This document shows, piece by piece, positions 39,099 through 48,842 of a DNA stretch of 64,000 nucleotides. Origin of the DNA: Chloroflexota bacterium (GTDB lineage Bacteria; Chloroflexota; UBA11872; VXOZ01); assembly GCA_965221905.1 (NCBI GenBank), contig OZ244922.1, positions 2,144,001 to 2,208,000 on the forward strand, in the 5' to 3' direction. A model generated the notes under the pieces. It did no database searches, had not been told where the DNA came from, and was given only the letters and a program-made list of their open reading frames with translations. Both the position numbers and the translations under genes were made by a program. The number at the start of each line of letters is the position of its first letter. The first letter of the stretch is position 1.

Positions 39099-39220
39099 AC
39101 TCTGGGAATTCACCGCCTTTTGAAAGCGGAGAGCGGCATCGCTCTATGTAGAGTAGGCTGCACTGTTTCCGGCCTACTGCGATATTCGGTCACTTTCACA
39201 TTGGACGAACCTAAGCGACC

Positions 39221-39263
39221 GAAGGCTCTAGCTCTCGCTAAATAAGCGAGAGCTAGAGCCTTC
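39221..39263. terminator. 19-bp stem, 5-nt loop hairpin between convergent genes
   Basis: GAAGGCTCTAGCTCTCGCT-AAATA-AGCGAGAGCTAGAGCCTTC. Confidence 0.6.
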
Positions 39264-39332
39264 CCTATCTTGTCTTCTCTACGCCTCTTCGCCAGAATGG
39301 GAGCATCGCGCGGAATAGGCGTAGGAGTACTG

Positions 39333-41261
39333 CTAGTACAGCTTTGTTAGCGATACGCCAGTGTAATACATCTTGAGAATATGGTCGTAGGTCATCCCTT
39401 GCTCGGCGAGCACTTTTGTACTCTGCAGTGGCATACCGACGCCGTGGCCGTGCAGTGTAGAACCCTCACTCACCGGGTCGGGCACGCCAACCGCCCACGG
39501 AAAGCCCGACCCACCCCACACATCATGCCAGGAGCGAGTCCTGCCGTCTGCCCGCGAGTAGTACGCCGCGCGGATCACCTTGCCGTCATACGTCAAGAAC
39601 TGGCCGCGCGTGGCGTTAGCCGCGGCCTCAAGGTTCTTTCCTAGGGTCTCACGGTAATACCCCAAGTACCACTGATGGGAGCCAACGTAAGGAGGCACAT
39701 ACTTGTGCGATGCGCCGATATCGAACGGCTCTTTATTGCAAAGACACCCAAGCCCCGGCCACTGTGGATTCAAGTGTGAAAGCGCGTAGGTGCGGAAGGC
39801 AACCGTGGCTGCCTTTAGTCCTTCTGCTGGGAAAGACTCCGGCTCTTCGCCAATGCCCTTCACGTAATACTCCATGGGCAACTCATTGATCGCCCACAAA
39901 CGTTCGGAATACGTCGAGTAGCGCACTTCGACAACCTGCCGGTACTGCTGATACTGCGGTATATCGACGACTTGAAGAATCGTGTTGCCTTCAGCAATGA
40001 AGCGAACCAGGCTTGCCACTTGCGCTACACGCTCGTCGTCTACGGTCAGGCGATACTGCGATTCCTGGGGCAGGTGTGTCACCGTGACAATCTGATTAGC
40101 CTCAAAACTGTACGCAACAGCCCCATTCTCGTCTTCCGCGCGAAAACTGCCGTTACCTGAGATGCGCATGCTCTGCTCAGTGGTCGAGAATACGCCCACC
40201 CGGATCGTCATGCCGTCCGCGTCGGTGATTAGCGTGGTAACGGGCGCCGGAGGTGGGACAGGCGTGGGAGTGGGCAATGGGCCCTGCACGGCGAGAGCCT
40301 GGCGGGTCGTCGCTGAGGAATCGCGCAATGCCGCCCAGCCTCGACCCTCCTCCCACAAGTCCCATTGCAGCGTATAATGACCAGCCTGTGCCGGCGTAGA
40401 TAAAGACATACTTAGCGACGCCACGCTCCCTGCTGGCACCAGGCTAGGAAGAGCCACCCGCTCACCTTCCAAGACAGTTACCCCATTCCCATCGAGCCAG
40501 CGATACCCAACGCTGACGGCTTTCGGTCCCTGCACCGCCCACCGCCCGATGCCTACGTTTTGCACTGCGATCTGAAGGCTTAGAGTTTGATTGGTAAGCG
40601 GCGTAGCAGGCAGTCCGGTGACCCAGAATTGACCGCGCGGACCCACCTTTTCCCCTAATTCCTCACCAAGCAGGCCAAGCGTTATCTGATAGATCTCCGG
40701 CAACTGCGGATGATACTCAAAACGCGACCGCTGAAAATACTGGACGCTTCTGCCATTCTCTTCGACTATCTCCGAGACAGGATACCCAAAGATGTCCAGC
40801 CCTCCACGGGTATTAAAGAAACGCAAAAAGGCACCATTTACGACGTGTCCAGTTTCCGGGAAATACCGTTGGTCTGCCGTCGTGACGACCGGTGCCGCCT
40901 TAGGGAATTCTCGATCGCTGGTGAGAATATCGCCGAGTAGGCCGAGCTGTACCTCATAGCGCGTGCCGGCGTGTTCAGGGTGGTACTCGAACCGGGCGCG
41001 CTGAAAATACTGCACCGTAAAGCCGTGTTCTTGAATCTCAGGCGTAATAGGATAGCCAAAGATATCCAATCCGCCGCGCTCTTCGAAGAAACGCTTGAAC
41101 CCGAAAGAGACCGACATGTCGGTCTCGGGAAAGAAAACTGTATGATCGGTGGCGGACAACGACTGGGGCCACAGCGAGGCAACCAATGCAAGGACAAGAA
41201 TAAGCCCTGCGCGATAGGAAAATCGGCGAATAGCACTTGCAAGAGTGCAAGTCATCGACAT
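39333..41261 (-). CDS. SpoIID/LytB-domain lytic transglycosylase with two FPETG-type repeats and an Ig-like domain
   Basis: Signal peptide; two FPET...GG.DIFGYP...VQYFQR.RFEYHP repeats; NELPMEYYVKG..E, A.RTYA, GHGVGM. Confidence 0.82.
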   Translation of the reverse strand: MSMTCTLASAIRRFSYRAGLILVLALVASLWPQSLSATDHTVFFPETDMSVSFGFKRFFEERGGLDIFGYPITPEIQEHGFTVQYFQRARFEYHPEHAGTRYEVQLGLLGDILTSDREFPKAAPVVTTADQRYFPETGHVVNGAFLRFFNTRGGLDIFGYPVSEIVEENGRSVQYFQRSRFEYHPQLPEIYQITLGLLGEELGEKVGPRGQFWVTGLPATPLTNQTLSLQIAVQNVGIGRWAVQGPKAVSVGYRWLDGNGVTVLEGERVALPSLVPAGSVASLSMSLSTPAQAGHYTLQWDLWEEGRGWAALRDSSATTRQALAVQGPLPTPTPVPPPAPVTTLITDADGMTIRVGVFSTTEQSMRISGNGSFRAEDENGAVAYSFEANQIVTVTHLPQESQYRLTVDDERVAQVASLVRFIAEGNTILQVVDIPQYQQYRQVVEVRYSTYSERLWAINELPMEYYVKGIGEEPESFPAEGLKAATVAFRTYALSHLNPQWPGLGCLCNKEPFDIGASHKYVPPYVGSHQWYLGYYRETLGKNLEAAANATRGQFLTYDGKVIRAAYYSRADGRTRSWHDVWGGSGFPWAVGVPDPVSEGSTLHGHGVGMPLQSTKVLAEQGMTYDHILKMYYTGVSLTKLY

Positions 41262-41282
41262 TCAGTCCTCCAGTATTATGCT

Positions 41283-42200
41283 CTAGTTTTGTATCACATC
41301 CGGCTTGCGCAACAGCAGGCAGACGCCCCCGGCCTTATCCATCTCATCGTCGTTAAGGAAGCCGCAAATTCGTGAGGGCATCACCGCACTGATCCAGCCG
41401 ATAAAGAGACGGGAGTATCGGTATTTTGTTGGAAATTGGAGTAGCCTGAATACACGCTCCATGCGCACGCCAAAATACTCTCTCTTCACTACATTCAGTC
41501 CGGTAGGCTCTATGACACGCTCTTCCAACGCAGCACTATTGTAAATCCGCTGGTATTGCTCTAAATCGGGTTCGGACCCAGGCGGACGATATACTTGGCC
41601 GAACGGCAACGTAAGCGCCATCAGGCCGCCGGGAGCGAGCACACGCGCCATCTCGCGTGCGACGTCGCTATCGCCGTCTTCAGGAATGTGCTCCAGGACG
41701 GAAACAGAGCAAACGCGTGCAAAAGAACCATCTTCGTACGGCATGGCGCGCGCATCATGCAACTGAGGCTTAATGCTTCGCGCCGCAGCCGTCATCCCGG
41801 CACGCGTTGCCATGGTAGGCAGGTCCATTACTAGTGGGTCTTGATCCAGCGCCACGACCTCTGCTCCATGGTGTGCGAAGAGAATCGTAAGCGGTGAGCG
41901 ACTTGCCCCCACGTCAAGCAGTGTTCGGCCTTCGAACGGCTGCAATGCATTCGCGGTCCAAGGGTATTCCAGGTAGCGACTCATGGGCAAGCCATAGAGA
42001 AAACTCAGCGGTCGCAGCCGACCGTGAAACCGATAGAAGTCAAGCGGAGAGATAGCCTGCATTGCAGAAGCCTCCTGGGGGAGAAGGGGACGGGGATTGC
42101 CGTCTTGGTTTGGAGAGGCAGCGTCGAAGTTACTCTCTAAGAAGACCCGTGCAAAGCTCTGCGGAACCGGAGGAACTTTGGCAAAAGGGATAGTTTCCAC
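41283..42200 (-). CDS. Class I SAM-dependent methyltransferase
   Basis: LLDVGAS, DAR.MP, SVLEHI, RVLAPGG. Confidence 0.85.
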   Translation of the reverse strand: METIPFAKVPPVPQSFARVFLESNFDAASPNQDGNPRPLLPQEASAMQAISPLDFYRFHGRLRPLSFLYGLPMSRYLEYPWTANALQPFEGRTLLDVGASRSPLTILFAHHGAEVVALDQDPLVMDLPTMATRAGMTAAARSIKPQLHDARAMPYEDGSFARVCSVSVLEHIPEDGDSDVAREMARVLAPGGLMALTLPFGQVYRPPGSEPDLEQYQRIYNSAALEERVIEPTGLNVVKREYFGVRMERVFRLLQFPTKYRYSRLFIGWISAVMPSRICGFLNDDEMDKAGGVCLLLRKPDVIQN

Positions 42201-42349
42201 CCCCGTCCTAGCCCTCTCCCTCAGGAGACGGGACTGTCAGGACTTGGAAAGTGAAGCGTCGTCCCCGCCAGTACATTTTGCAAGGGTCTCCTTAAGGGTA
42301 TCACGAACGGGGCTCCCGGCGACTGCCAGCCGACGGAGCCGCAACGCGA

Positions 42350-44137
42350 TTACAGCATATCGGAACGTGATTCTGCACTAGCACGCACCCGTGCACAGAA
42401 CTCCGCAATAGGCAGCGCACCACAATTCTCGCCTGTGCGCAGGCGCACACTTACGGCGCCATCGTTGATCTCACGGTCTCCTACCACAGCCATATACGGT
42501 ATCTTCTGAAGCTGCGCGTCCCGTATCTTGGCATTCATTCGTTCGGAACGGGTGTCTACCTCGGCGCGCAAATTAGCCTCGGAAAGTGCGGCGGCGACTG
42601 AGGTTGCATACTCGTTATGCCGGTCGGCAATAGGGATGATTACTACTTGAACCGGCGCCAACCAAACGGGAAATGCGCCACCGTAGTGTTCGAGCAATAT
42701 GCCAAAGAATCGCTCAATAGAGCCATAAAGCGCGCGGTGAATCATGAAGGGACGACGGGCAGTGCCATCCTCCCCAACGTACTCCAACCCAAAAGTCTGC
42801 GGCAACCAGAAGTCGAACTGGATCGTGGATAGTTGCCAAGGACGACCCAGCACGTCAACTATTTTTATGTCAACTTTTGGCCCGTAGAAGGCAGCTTCGC
42901 CCTCCATGCGCTTGTAAGAGAGGTCCAGTCCTTCAAGTGCGTCAACCAGGCCGGCCTCGGCCATTTCCCAATCTCGCGCCTCACCTGCGTACTTGCTCGT
43001 TTCTCCTTGCTGCCACGTGCTCAGTTCCAACTGAAGGTCTTCAAAGCCATAGGTATCGAGAATCTCCAAGCAGAACTTGAGGACACGAACCAGCTCACTA
43101 CTCATCTGGTCCGGGCGGCAGAAGAGGTGGGCATCGTCTTGGGTGAAGCCGCGCACCCGTAACAGCCCGTGCAGCACGCCGGACCGCTCATAGCGGTACA
43201 CTGTCCCAGCCTCCGTGTATCGCAGCGGTAAGTCGCGGTAACTGCGCGTGCGGCTCTTGTATACCTGAATGTGGAAGGGACAATTCATCGGTTTTAGGTA
43301 GTATTGCTGGTCGTCGACCTCGACCGGCGCGTACATGCTCTCCGCAAACCAGTTCAAGTGGCCGCTTGTGCGCCAGAGATTGGCCTTGCCGATGTGCGGC
43401 GTGTAGACGAATTCGTACCCTCCGGCCCGATGACTCTCACGCCAGTAGTCTTCCATGATGCTGCGCACGTAACCGCCCTTGGCGTGCCACAGCACCAGAC
43501 CCGGGCCGATTTCATCGGAAAAGCTAAAGAGATCGAGCTCACGGCCCAGCCGCCGATGGTCGCGCCGCTCCGCCTCTTCCAAGAACTTCAAGTAGGCTTT
43601 GAGTTCTTTCTTTGTCTCCCAGGCAGTTCCGTACACCCGCTGCAATTGCTGGCGGTTCTCATCGCCCCGCCAATAGGCGCCAGCCGTGCGGAGCAGCTTG
43701 AACGCACCCACGGCACCAGTCCTATCAACGTGGGGGCCCTCACAAAGATCGATGAAGTCACCATTCCGATAGATGCTCACGTCTCCAACATTAGCGTCCC
43801 GTTCTAAGTCTTCGATCAGCTCGATCTTGTACATCTGATCTTGTTCGCGAAAGAACGTCTTCGCTTCTGCCACCGGCATGGTGGAGTGCGCAAAGGGCTG
43901 ATCTTGGTCGATGATTTGCTGCATACGCAGGCTCAATTCATCAATGTCCTCCGGAGTGAGCGTGCGGGGCAGGTCGAAATCATAGTAGAAGCCATCCTCT
44001 ATCGCCGGGCCAATAGCTAGTTTGGCTTCCGGCATGTACTCCAGCATGGCCGTTGCCAGCACGTGGGCGGCCGAATGGCGAACTGTCTGCAGGCGTTCTA
44101 CACATTGCTTTGCGTCAGCTTCTCGTACTTTCGGCAT
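42350..44137 (-). CDS. thrS: Threonine--tRNA ligase (no N-terminal TGS domain)
   Basis: RHSAAH, DLCEGPH, RDHR, KPMNCP, RVRGFTQDDAH, MIHRA. Confidence 0.97.
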   Translation of the reverse strand: MPKVREADAKQCVERLQTVRHSAAHVLATAMLEYMPEAKLAIGPAIEDGFYYDFDLPRTLTPEDIDELSLRMQQIIDQDQPFAHSTMPVAEAKTFFREQDQMYKIELIEDLERDANVGDVSIYRNGDFIDLCEGPHVDRTGAVGAFKLLRTAGAYWRGDENRQQLQRVYGTAWETKKELKAYLKFLEEAERRDHRRLGRELDLFSFSDEIGPGLVLWHAKGGYVRSIMEDYWRESHRAGGYEFVYTPHIGKANLWRTSGHLNWFAESMYAPVEVDDQQYYLKPMNCPFHIQVYKSRTRSYRDLPLRYTEAGTVYRYERSGVLHGLLRVRGFTQDDAHLFCRPDQMSSELVRVLKFCLEILDTYGFEDLQLELSTWQQGETSKYAGEARDWEMAEAGLVDALEGLDLSYKRMEGEAAFYGPKVDIKIVDVLGRPWQLSTIQFDFWLPQTFGLEYVGEDGTARRPFMIHRALYGSIERFFGILLEHYGGAFPVWLAPVQVVIIPIADRHNEYATSVAAALSEANLRAEVDTRSERMNAKIRDAQLQKIPYMAVVGDREINDGAVSVRLRTGENCGALPIAEFCARVRASAESRSDML

Positions 44138-44195
44138 GAATCATTCTCCTCACTTAGTATTATGTCTTGTTGCGAACTCTAACTCTTGGAAATAG

Positions 44196-44228
44196 AAAAA
44201 ACCTCTCGTGTCAGGTTTGTACGAGAGG
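44196..44228 (-). terminator. Intrinsic terminator in the thrS leader
   Basis: Minus strand CCTCTCGT-loop-ACGAGAGG-TTTTTT about 60 nt upstream of the thrS ATG. Confidence 0.75.
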
Positions 44229-44422
44229 CCTCAAGCGCTATCTGCTGTTTCTAGGTTTCGTGCTATTGTCCCCTCGTCACCTGCATGGAGAATTCACTCG
44301 TGGTGATATAGGCGATGCATCGCTGAAGATGTATTGAACCACCTAAACGATACACTACTCAGCATCTCCTCGTTGCGCCCCTATGGGCGCGCTTTGGACG
44401 GACAATCAAACCGTACTCATGA

Positions 44423-44451
44423 ATGGTACCGGAGCTTGCCACTAGTGTCAA
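44423..44451 (-). promoter_or_regulatory. Sigma70-type promoter for the thrS leader
   Basis: Minus strand TTGACA, 17-bp spacer, TACCAT. Confidence 0.6.
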
Positions 44452-44601
44452 CATTGCTGTGGATCGGGAAAAGTGACTAAACTCCAACGAAAGTCCTCAT
44501 CCATGACACCGGTCCAAACCTCTTGCTACCAAGGGGGACAGAGGCTAAAATTGGCGGACAGGGACTAATCCTGAGAACCAATAGGCGAAAGAGGGCATAC
44601 G

Positions 44602-45885
44602 ATGCAGGTAGATCTCGCATACGGCCGCACTGGACTCAAGGTTTCGCTTCCGGATGAGCGCGTGGATATTGTAGAGCCGGTCAATCTCTCTGGTGTCGCA
44701 GAGTCCTCCGCGGCTCTACGCGACGCACTGCGCAATCCAATTGGAACAAAACCGCTGTGTGAGATCGCTGGAGCGGAGGATACGGTCGCAATCGTGTTTT
44801 GCGACATTACGCGTCCGGCGCCGAATCAACTTATGATACCGGCAATTCTGGCCGAACTCACGCACGTGCCCCGAGAAAACATCGTGCTCATCAATGCTAC
44901 CGGCATGCATCGTCCCAACACCGAGGCTGAATTGTGCGAAATGTTGGGCGAGGATATTGTGGCCAAGTACCGCATTGTCAACCATGATTCAACGGATGCG
45001 TCCCAGTTGCGTTTCCTTGGAGAGACATCCTTTGGCGGCCCGGTGTGGATCAACACGCACTACCTCGACGCCTCGGTTCGCATACTCACCGGCTTCATCG
45101 AGCCGCACTTCTTTGCGGGCTTCAGTGGGGGCGCAAAGCTAATCTTGCCCGGCATTGCCGGGGCTGAATCGGTGATGCATAACCACAACGCGGAAATGAT
45201 CGGTCATCCCAAAGCAACCTGGGGGCATCTGGAAGACAATCCCATCCACTGCGAGCAGCGCGAGGCGGCCGCCCTATGCCCGCCCGATCTCAGCCTCAAC
45301 GTGACGATCAACAAACGCAAAGAGATCACGGGCGTCTTTGCCGGCGAAATGGTCCAGGCACATGAAGCCGGTTGCGCGTTTGCGCGTCGCTCTGTCATGC
45401 GACCGGTAGCAGAGCCATACGACATCGTGATTACGACGAATAGCGGGTATCCCCTCGACCTAAACCTCTACCAAGCCGTGAAAGGCATGTCGGCTGCGTA
45501 TCAGGTGGTGAAACAGGGAGGCGCAATCGTCATTGCGGCTGAATGTGTGGAAGGCATAGGTCACGGGCATTTCGAGGACCTACTGCAGGAGCGGGAATCT
45601 CCCACCGCTTTGCTGGATCTGATCAACAGCCCAGGATTCTCCCGATTCGATCAATGGGAAGCCCAGATCCTGGCGCAGATTCTCCTGAAGGCTGAAGTGC
45701 ATCTATTTGCGGAAACTCTCTCAGACCGAGCCATACGCGATGCGCATCTAATCCCATGCCGCTCGATAGAAGAAACAGTGGCCGCGCTGCAAGAGAGATA
45801 CGGGCCAAGTGCGAGCATTTGTGTGCTGCCTATGGGGCCTCTGACCATACCCTACGTTGCGGAACCGGCAGTGGCTGCGGTCTAG
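44602..45885 (+). CDS. larA: Nickel-pincer-dependent lactate racemase (LarA) family protein
   Basis: DITRP, ATGMHR, NHD, HFFAGFSGGAK, YPLDLNLYQAVKG. Confidence 0.85.
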   Translation: MQVDLAYGRTGLKVSLPDERVDIVEPVNLSGVAESSAALRDALRNPIGTKPLCEIAGAEDTVAIVFCDITRPAPNQLMIPAILAELTHVPRENIVLINATGMHRPNTEAELCEMLGEDIVAKYRIVNHDSTDASQLRFLGETSFGGPVWINTHYLDASVRILTGFIEPHFFAGFSGGAKLILPGIAGAESVMHNHNAEMIGHPKATWGHLEDNPIHCEQREAAALCPPDLSLNVTINKRKEITGVFAGEMVQAHEAGCAFARRSVMRPVAEPYDIVITTNSGYPLDLNLYQAVKGMSAAYQVVKQGGAIVIAAECVEGIGHGHFEDLLQERESPTALLDLINSPGFSRFDQWEAQILAQILLKAEVHLFAETLSDRAIRDAHLIPCRSIEETVAALQERYGPSASICVLPMGPLTIPYVAEPAVAAV

Positions 45886-45913
45886 GGCACTCTAGAGTGG
45901 GTCCTGAGAAGTG

Positions 45914-47065
45914 TTAGACCCTGCGTCTCGCGCCGCTGTATCCTTCCGATTCGAGCGCCGTTGAGGGCGGAGCCAGGCGGGCCCCAGGGTCCACGTCAAG
46001 AGACATATCTGAAACCAGCCCTTGTTGGAGACGGTAGAAGCCGCATGCGCCGATCATGGCGGCGTTATCAGTGCAGAACGCAAGATCGGGAATCCGCACC
46101 GGCACCGGCGTATGGGCAAGTATCTCTTCGCGCAAGAGACTATTGGCTGCCACGCCACCAACAACGAGTATAATCTTGACCTTGAACTCTCTGGCCGCTT
46201 CCACGGTCTTTGCAACCAATACGTCCGCCACAGACTGTTGGAAGCTGGCTGCAATCTGGGCCACATAGAGCGGCACGTCCCTATTCACAATGCCTCCGGG
46301 AGCTGCCAGCAGTGGATCAGAAAGGTCTTGGTCCTTCATACGACTTTGCATGTAGCGCAAGACGGCGGTCTTCAGGCCGCTAAAGCTGAACTCGTAGGTT
46401 CCTTGCATCCAGGCTCGGGGCAAGTCCACCATATTGCGCCGTCCCCGTAACCCATAACGCGACAATTGCTCAGCGGCCAATTGCACCGACGGCCCGCCCG
46501 GATAGGGCAGCCCCAGAATGCGTCCCACTTTATCAAATGCCTCTCCCGCGGCGTCATCGCGCGTGGCGCCAATCAGGCCGTAGTCTCCGTGCCCGCGCAT
46601 AAGCACAAGCTCCGTATGTCCGCCGGATACCACCAGCGCAAGCAAGGGAAACTGCGGCTCATCTTCCGGCACGTTGCGGCGCGCTCGGCGCGAGCGTGAG
46701 AGCCATGCAGCGTAAACATGACCTTCAAGATGGTTCACGCCAATGAAAGGAACACCTAACGAAAACGCTAGGGACTTGGCAAAATTCACACCTACCAGGA
46801 GTGCACCCGCCAGACCGGGCCCATAGGTGACCGCTATCCCGTCAATCTCTTCCCATACTACGTCCGCCGCAGCCAGAGCCTCAGTTACGACCGGCAAAAT
46901 AGCTCTTAAATGCTGCCGCGAGGCTAACTCAGGGACAACACCGCCGTATTTCTGATGAATCTCGACCTGCGAAGCTACAATGTTGGAATGGACGTAACGA
47001 CCGTCTTCAACAATCGCTGCGGCAGTTTCATCACACGAGGTCTCAATCGCGAGCAGAGTTGTCAA
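45914..47065 (-). CDS. tsaD: t6A biosynthesis protein TsaD
   Basis: IETSCDET, GGVVPELASR, HLEGH, VSGGHT, DDAAGEAFDK, FSFSGLKT, CTDNAAMI. Confidence 0.97.
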   Translation of the reverse strand: MTTLLAIETSCDETAAAIVEDGRYVHSNIVASQVEIHQKYGGVVPELASRQHLRAILPVVTEALAAADVVWEEIDGIAVTYGPGLAGALLVGVNFAKSLAFSLGVPFIGVNHLEGHVYAAWLSRSRRARRNVPEDEPQFPLLALVVSGGHTELVLMRGHGDYGLIGATRDDAAGEAFDKVGRILGLPYPGGPSVQLAAEQLSRYGLRGRRNMVDLPRAWMQGTYEFSFSGLKTAVLRYMQSRMKDQDLSDPLLAAPGGIVNRDVPLYVAQIAASFQQSVADVLVAKTVEAAREFKVKIILVVGGVAANSLLREEILAHTPVPVRIPDLAFCTDNAAMIGACGFYRLQQGLVSDMSLDVDPGARLAPPSTALESEGYSGARRRV

Positions 47066-47783
47066 GGAAACCTCCTGTTTCAGGGTATGTGGTTGCCCAA
47101 GAGTGCTTCTGCCTGAGGCCTGCCACCCGCTCCTGAAACATGCTCTGAAAAGTATCCACGTTTATGTCTTCACTCCACATCACCAATGCATCTTCTTGGT
47201 TATCGCTGTAGTATCGCGGTCGAATGCCTGTGGAGCGGAACGAATATTTCTTATACAATGAGCGCGCCAAACCGTTGGAAACGCGGACCTCTAAGGTCAC
47301 CCAGCGCGCCGCAAGGCCGATGGCTATGTCGATGAGTGCCGTGAGCATAAGTTCGCCGATGTTTTGGCCGCGTACGTCCGGTCGAGACGCAATAGTAGTA
47401 ATGTGCGCCTCATCCACCATGAGCCACAGCCCGCCATATGCTACTAAAGTCGGCTTTCCGTAACGCCACTCCATTTCGCGCTCTTTGTCCACAGACGGAA
47501 AGAGAGAGAGTGGAAATGGTTTTGGCCTCTTAAGACTCGATGGAGTTCCTTGATTATCCTTCCTTGCATCCGCGACCGCATCCAAGTCGCGTATGACTAA
47601 GTACCGCGCAAGTTTGTTTTCCACTATTTCCCGGCGATAGGCGTTGCGCGGCCAAGGCAAGGTGAACGAGGCTTCTTCGATTCCGCGAATCTCGGCCATG
47701 TCCTCCAATGACATTGGCTCAATCCGCAGGTTCATCGGGTGGGGCTCGGGGCGCCCGTCGTAGATAGCTTTAGGTTGTTCCAT
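47043..47783 (-). CDS. rimI: Ribosomal-protein-alanine N-acetyltransferase RimI
   Basis: IEEASF.PW, EAHITTIA, TLEVRVSN, RPRYYSDN.EDA; located in the tsa operon. Confidence 0.9.
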   Translation of the reverse strand: MEQPKAIYDGRPEPHPMNLRIEPMSLEDMAEIRGIEEASFTLPWPRNAYRREIVENKLARYLVIRDLDAVADARKDNQGTPSSLKRPKPFPLSLFPSVDKEREMEWRYGKPTLVAYGGLWLMVDEAHITTIASRPDVRGQNIGELMLTALIDIAIGLAARWVTLEVRVSNGLARSLYKKYSFRSTGIRPRYYSDNQEDALVMWSEDINVDTFQSMFQERVAGLRQKHSWATTYPETGGFLDNSARD

Positions 47784-48017
47784 TTCACCACTCAGAAGTG
47801 CGACCTAATCATTGGTTGGGATGGCTAGGAACCTTAGTTGCATTGCTGTGTCACTCCCCGCAAGGAAGATCGACCCGATACGGTTCTATCGCCGTTGCGT
47901 TGGCTATTTCTCCGATTGACAGGCAACAGCCTAGACCACTGACAACTACCCCAACTCTTTTGCTTCTTTCGCTCCCTTAACGCTGTCGCTGCAGCCCGAA
48001 GATCACCGTCTGTCCGG

Positions 48018-48818
48018 CTAGGGAGCCGGTTCGCCATCCATCGGGTTAATCCGGTGACGCGGCACTTTGGCTGCAGGACGCCGCAAGTATTCAGGCTCGG
48101 CTGTGAGCGGGTCTACTGTCCCGCCCTTTGCAAGATAATCAGCTCCAAGTACAGCAACTGCCCCTGCTCGGCGAACACTGAAGAGGCCGGAGGGGAAGAC
48201 GAGCAGCTTTTTTGTAACATTTTCCTCAAGCTGCCCTCGGAGCTCCGGCGATATTTCTCCACAGATAATCGTCCGCTTCACAATTCTCTTGGATATGTCG
48301 GATACTCCCAGAATTGCAAAGTCCTCGAGGCGACGCCAATTCTTACCGACTGAGCGATACCAGCCTACGTAGTATTCGCCGCGTCCGGCCCCAAGCAATG
48401 CGCAAACGTGAGCATTGGACTTTTGCAGGTGAGGAAAGGCGACAGCATCCAAGGTGGACACGGTCACGAGCGGCACACCCAGTGTCATGCAAAAGCCCTT
48501 TGCCGTTGCCATGCCCACACGCAAACCCGAAAACGAGCCAGGTCCCGAGACAACAGCTACCGCGCTAATTGGGATTTTACTCCGGGTAACGGCATGGAAA
48601 CCCTGCACCGATGCAGCCCTTGCATCATCTGCAATGGGCGCTGGGGAGTCGGGCGCTTCGCCACTGCCGGCAATCATCGACCAAAGCCAGCTTATGCTCT
48701 CCATGAGCTGCTCGGTAGCATGGAACCCCGCAACCCAGTTGATTTCTCCCAAGATACGTTCGTTAGCGAAAAATGCCACACCAAGTTGACGGGTAGACGT
48801 ATCAATTGCCAAAAGCAT
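48018..48818 (-). CDS. tsaB: t6A biosynthesis protein TsaB
   Basis: LAIDTST, GPGSFSGLRVG, P.YLR. Confidence 0.92.
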   Translation of the reverse strand: MLLAIDTSTRQLGVAFFANERILGEINWVAGFHATEQLMESISWLWSMIAGSGEAPDSPAPIADDARAASVQGFHAVTRSKIPISAVAVVSGPGSFSGLRVGMATAKGFCMTLGVPLVTVSTLDAVAFPHLQKSNAHVCALLGAGRGEYYVGWYRSVGKNWRRLEDFAILGVSDISKRIVKRTIICGEISPELRGQLEENVTKKLLVFPSGLFSVRRAGAVAVLGADYLAKGGTVDPLTAEPEYLRRPAAKVPRHRINPMDGEPAP

Positions 48819-48842
48819 TGCAAAAAACTTATACCTGTTTAA

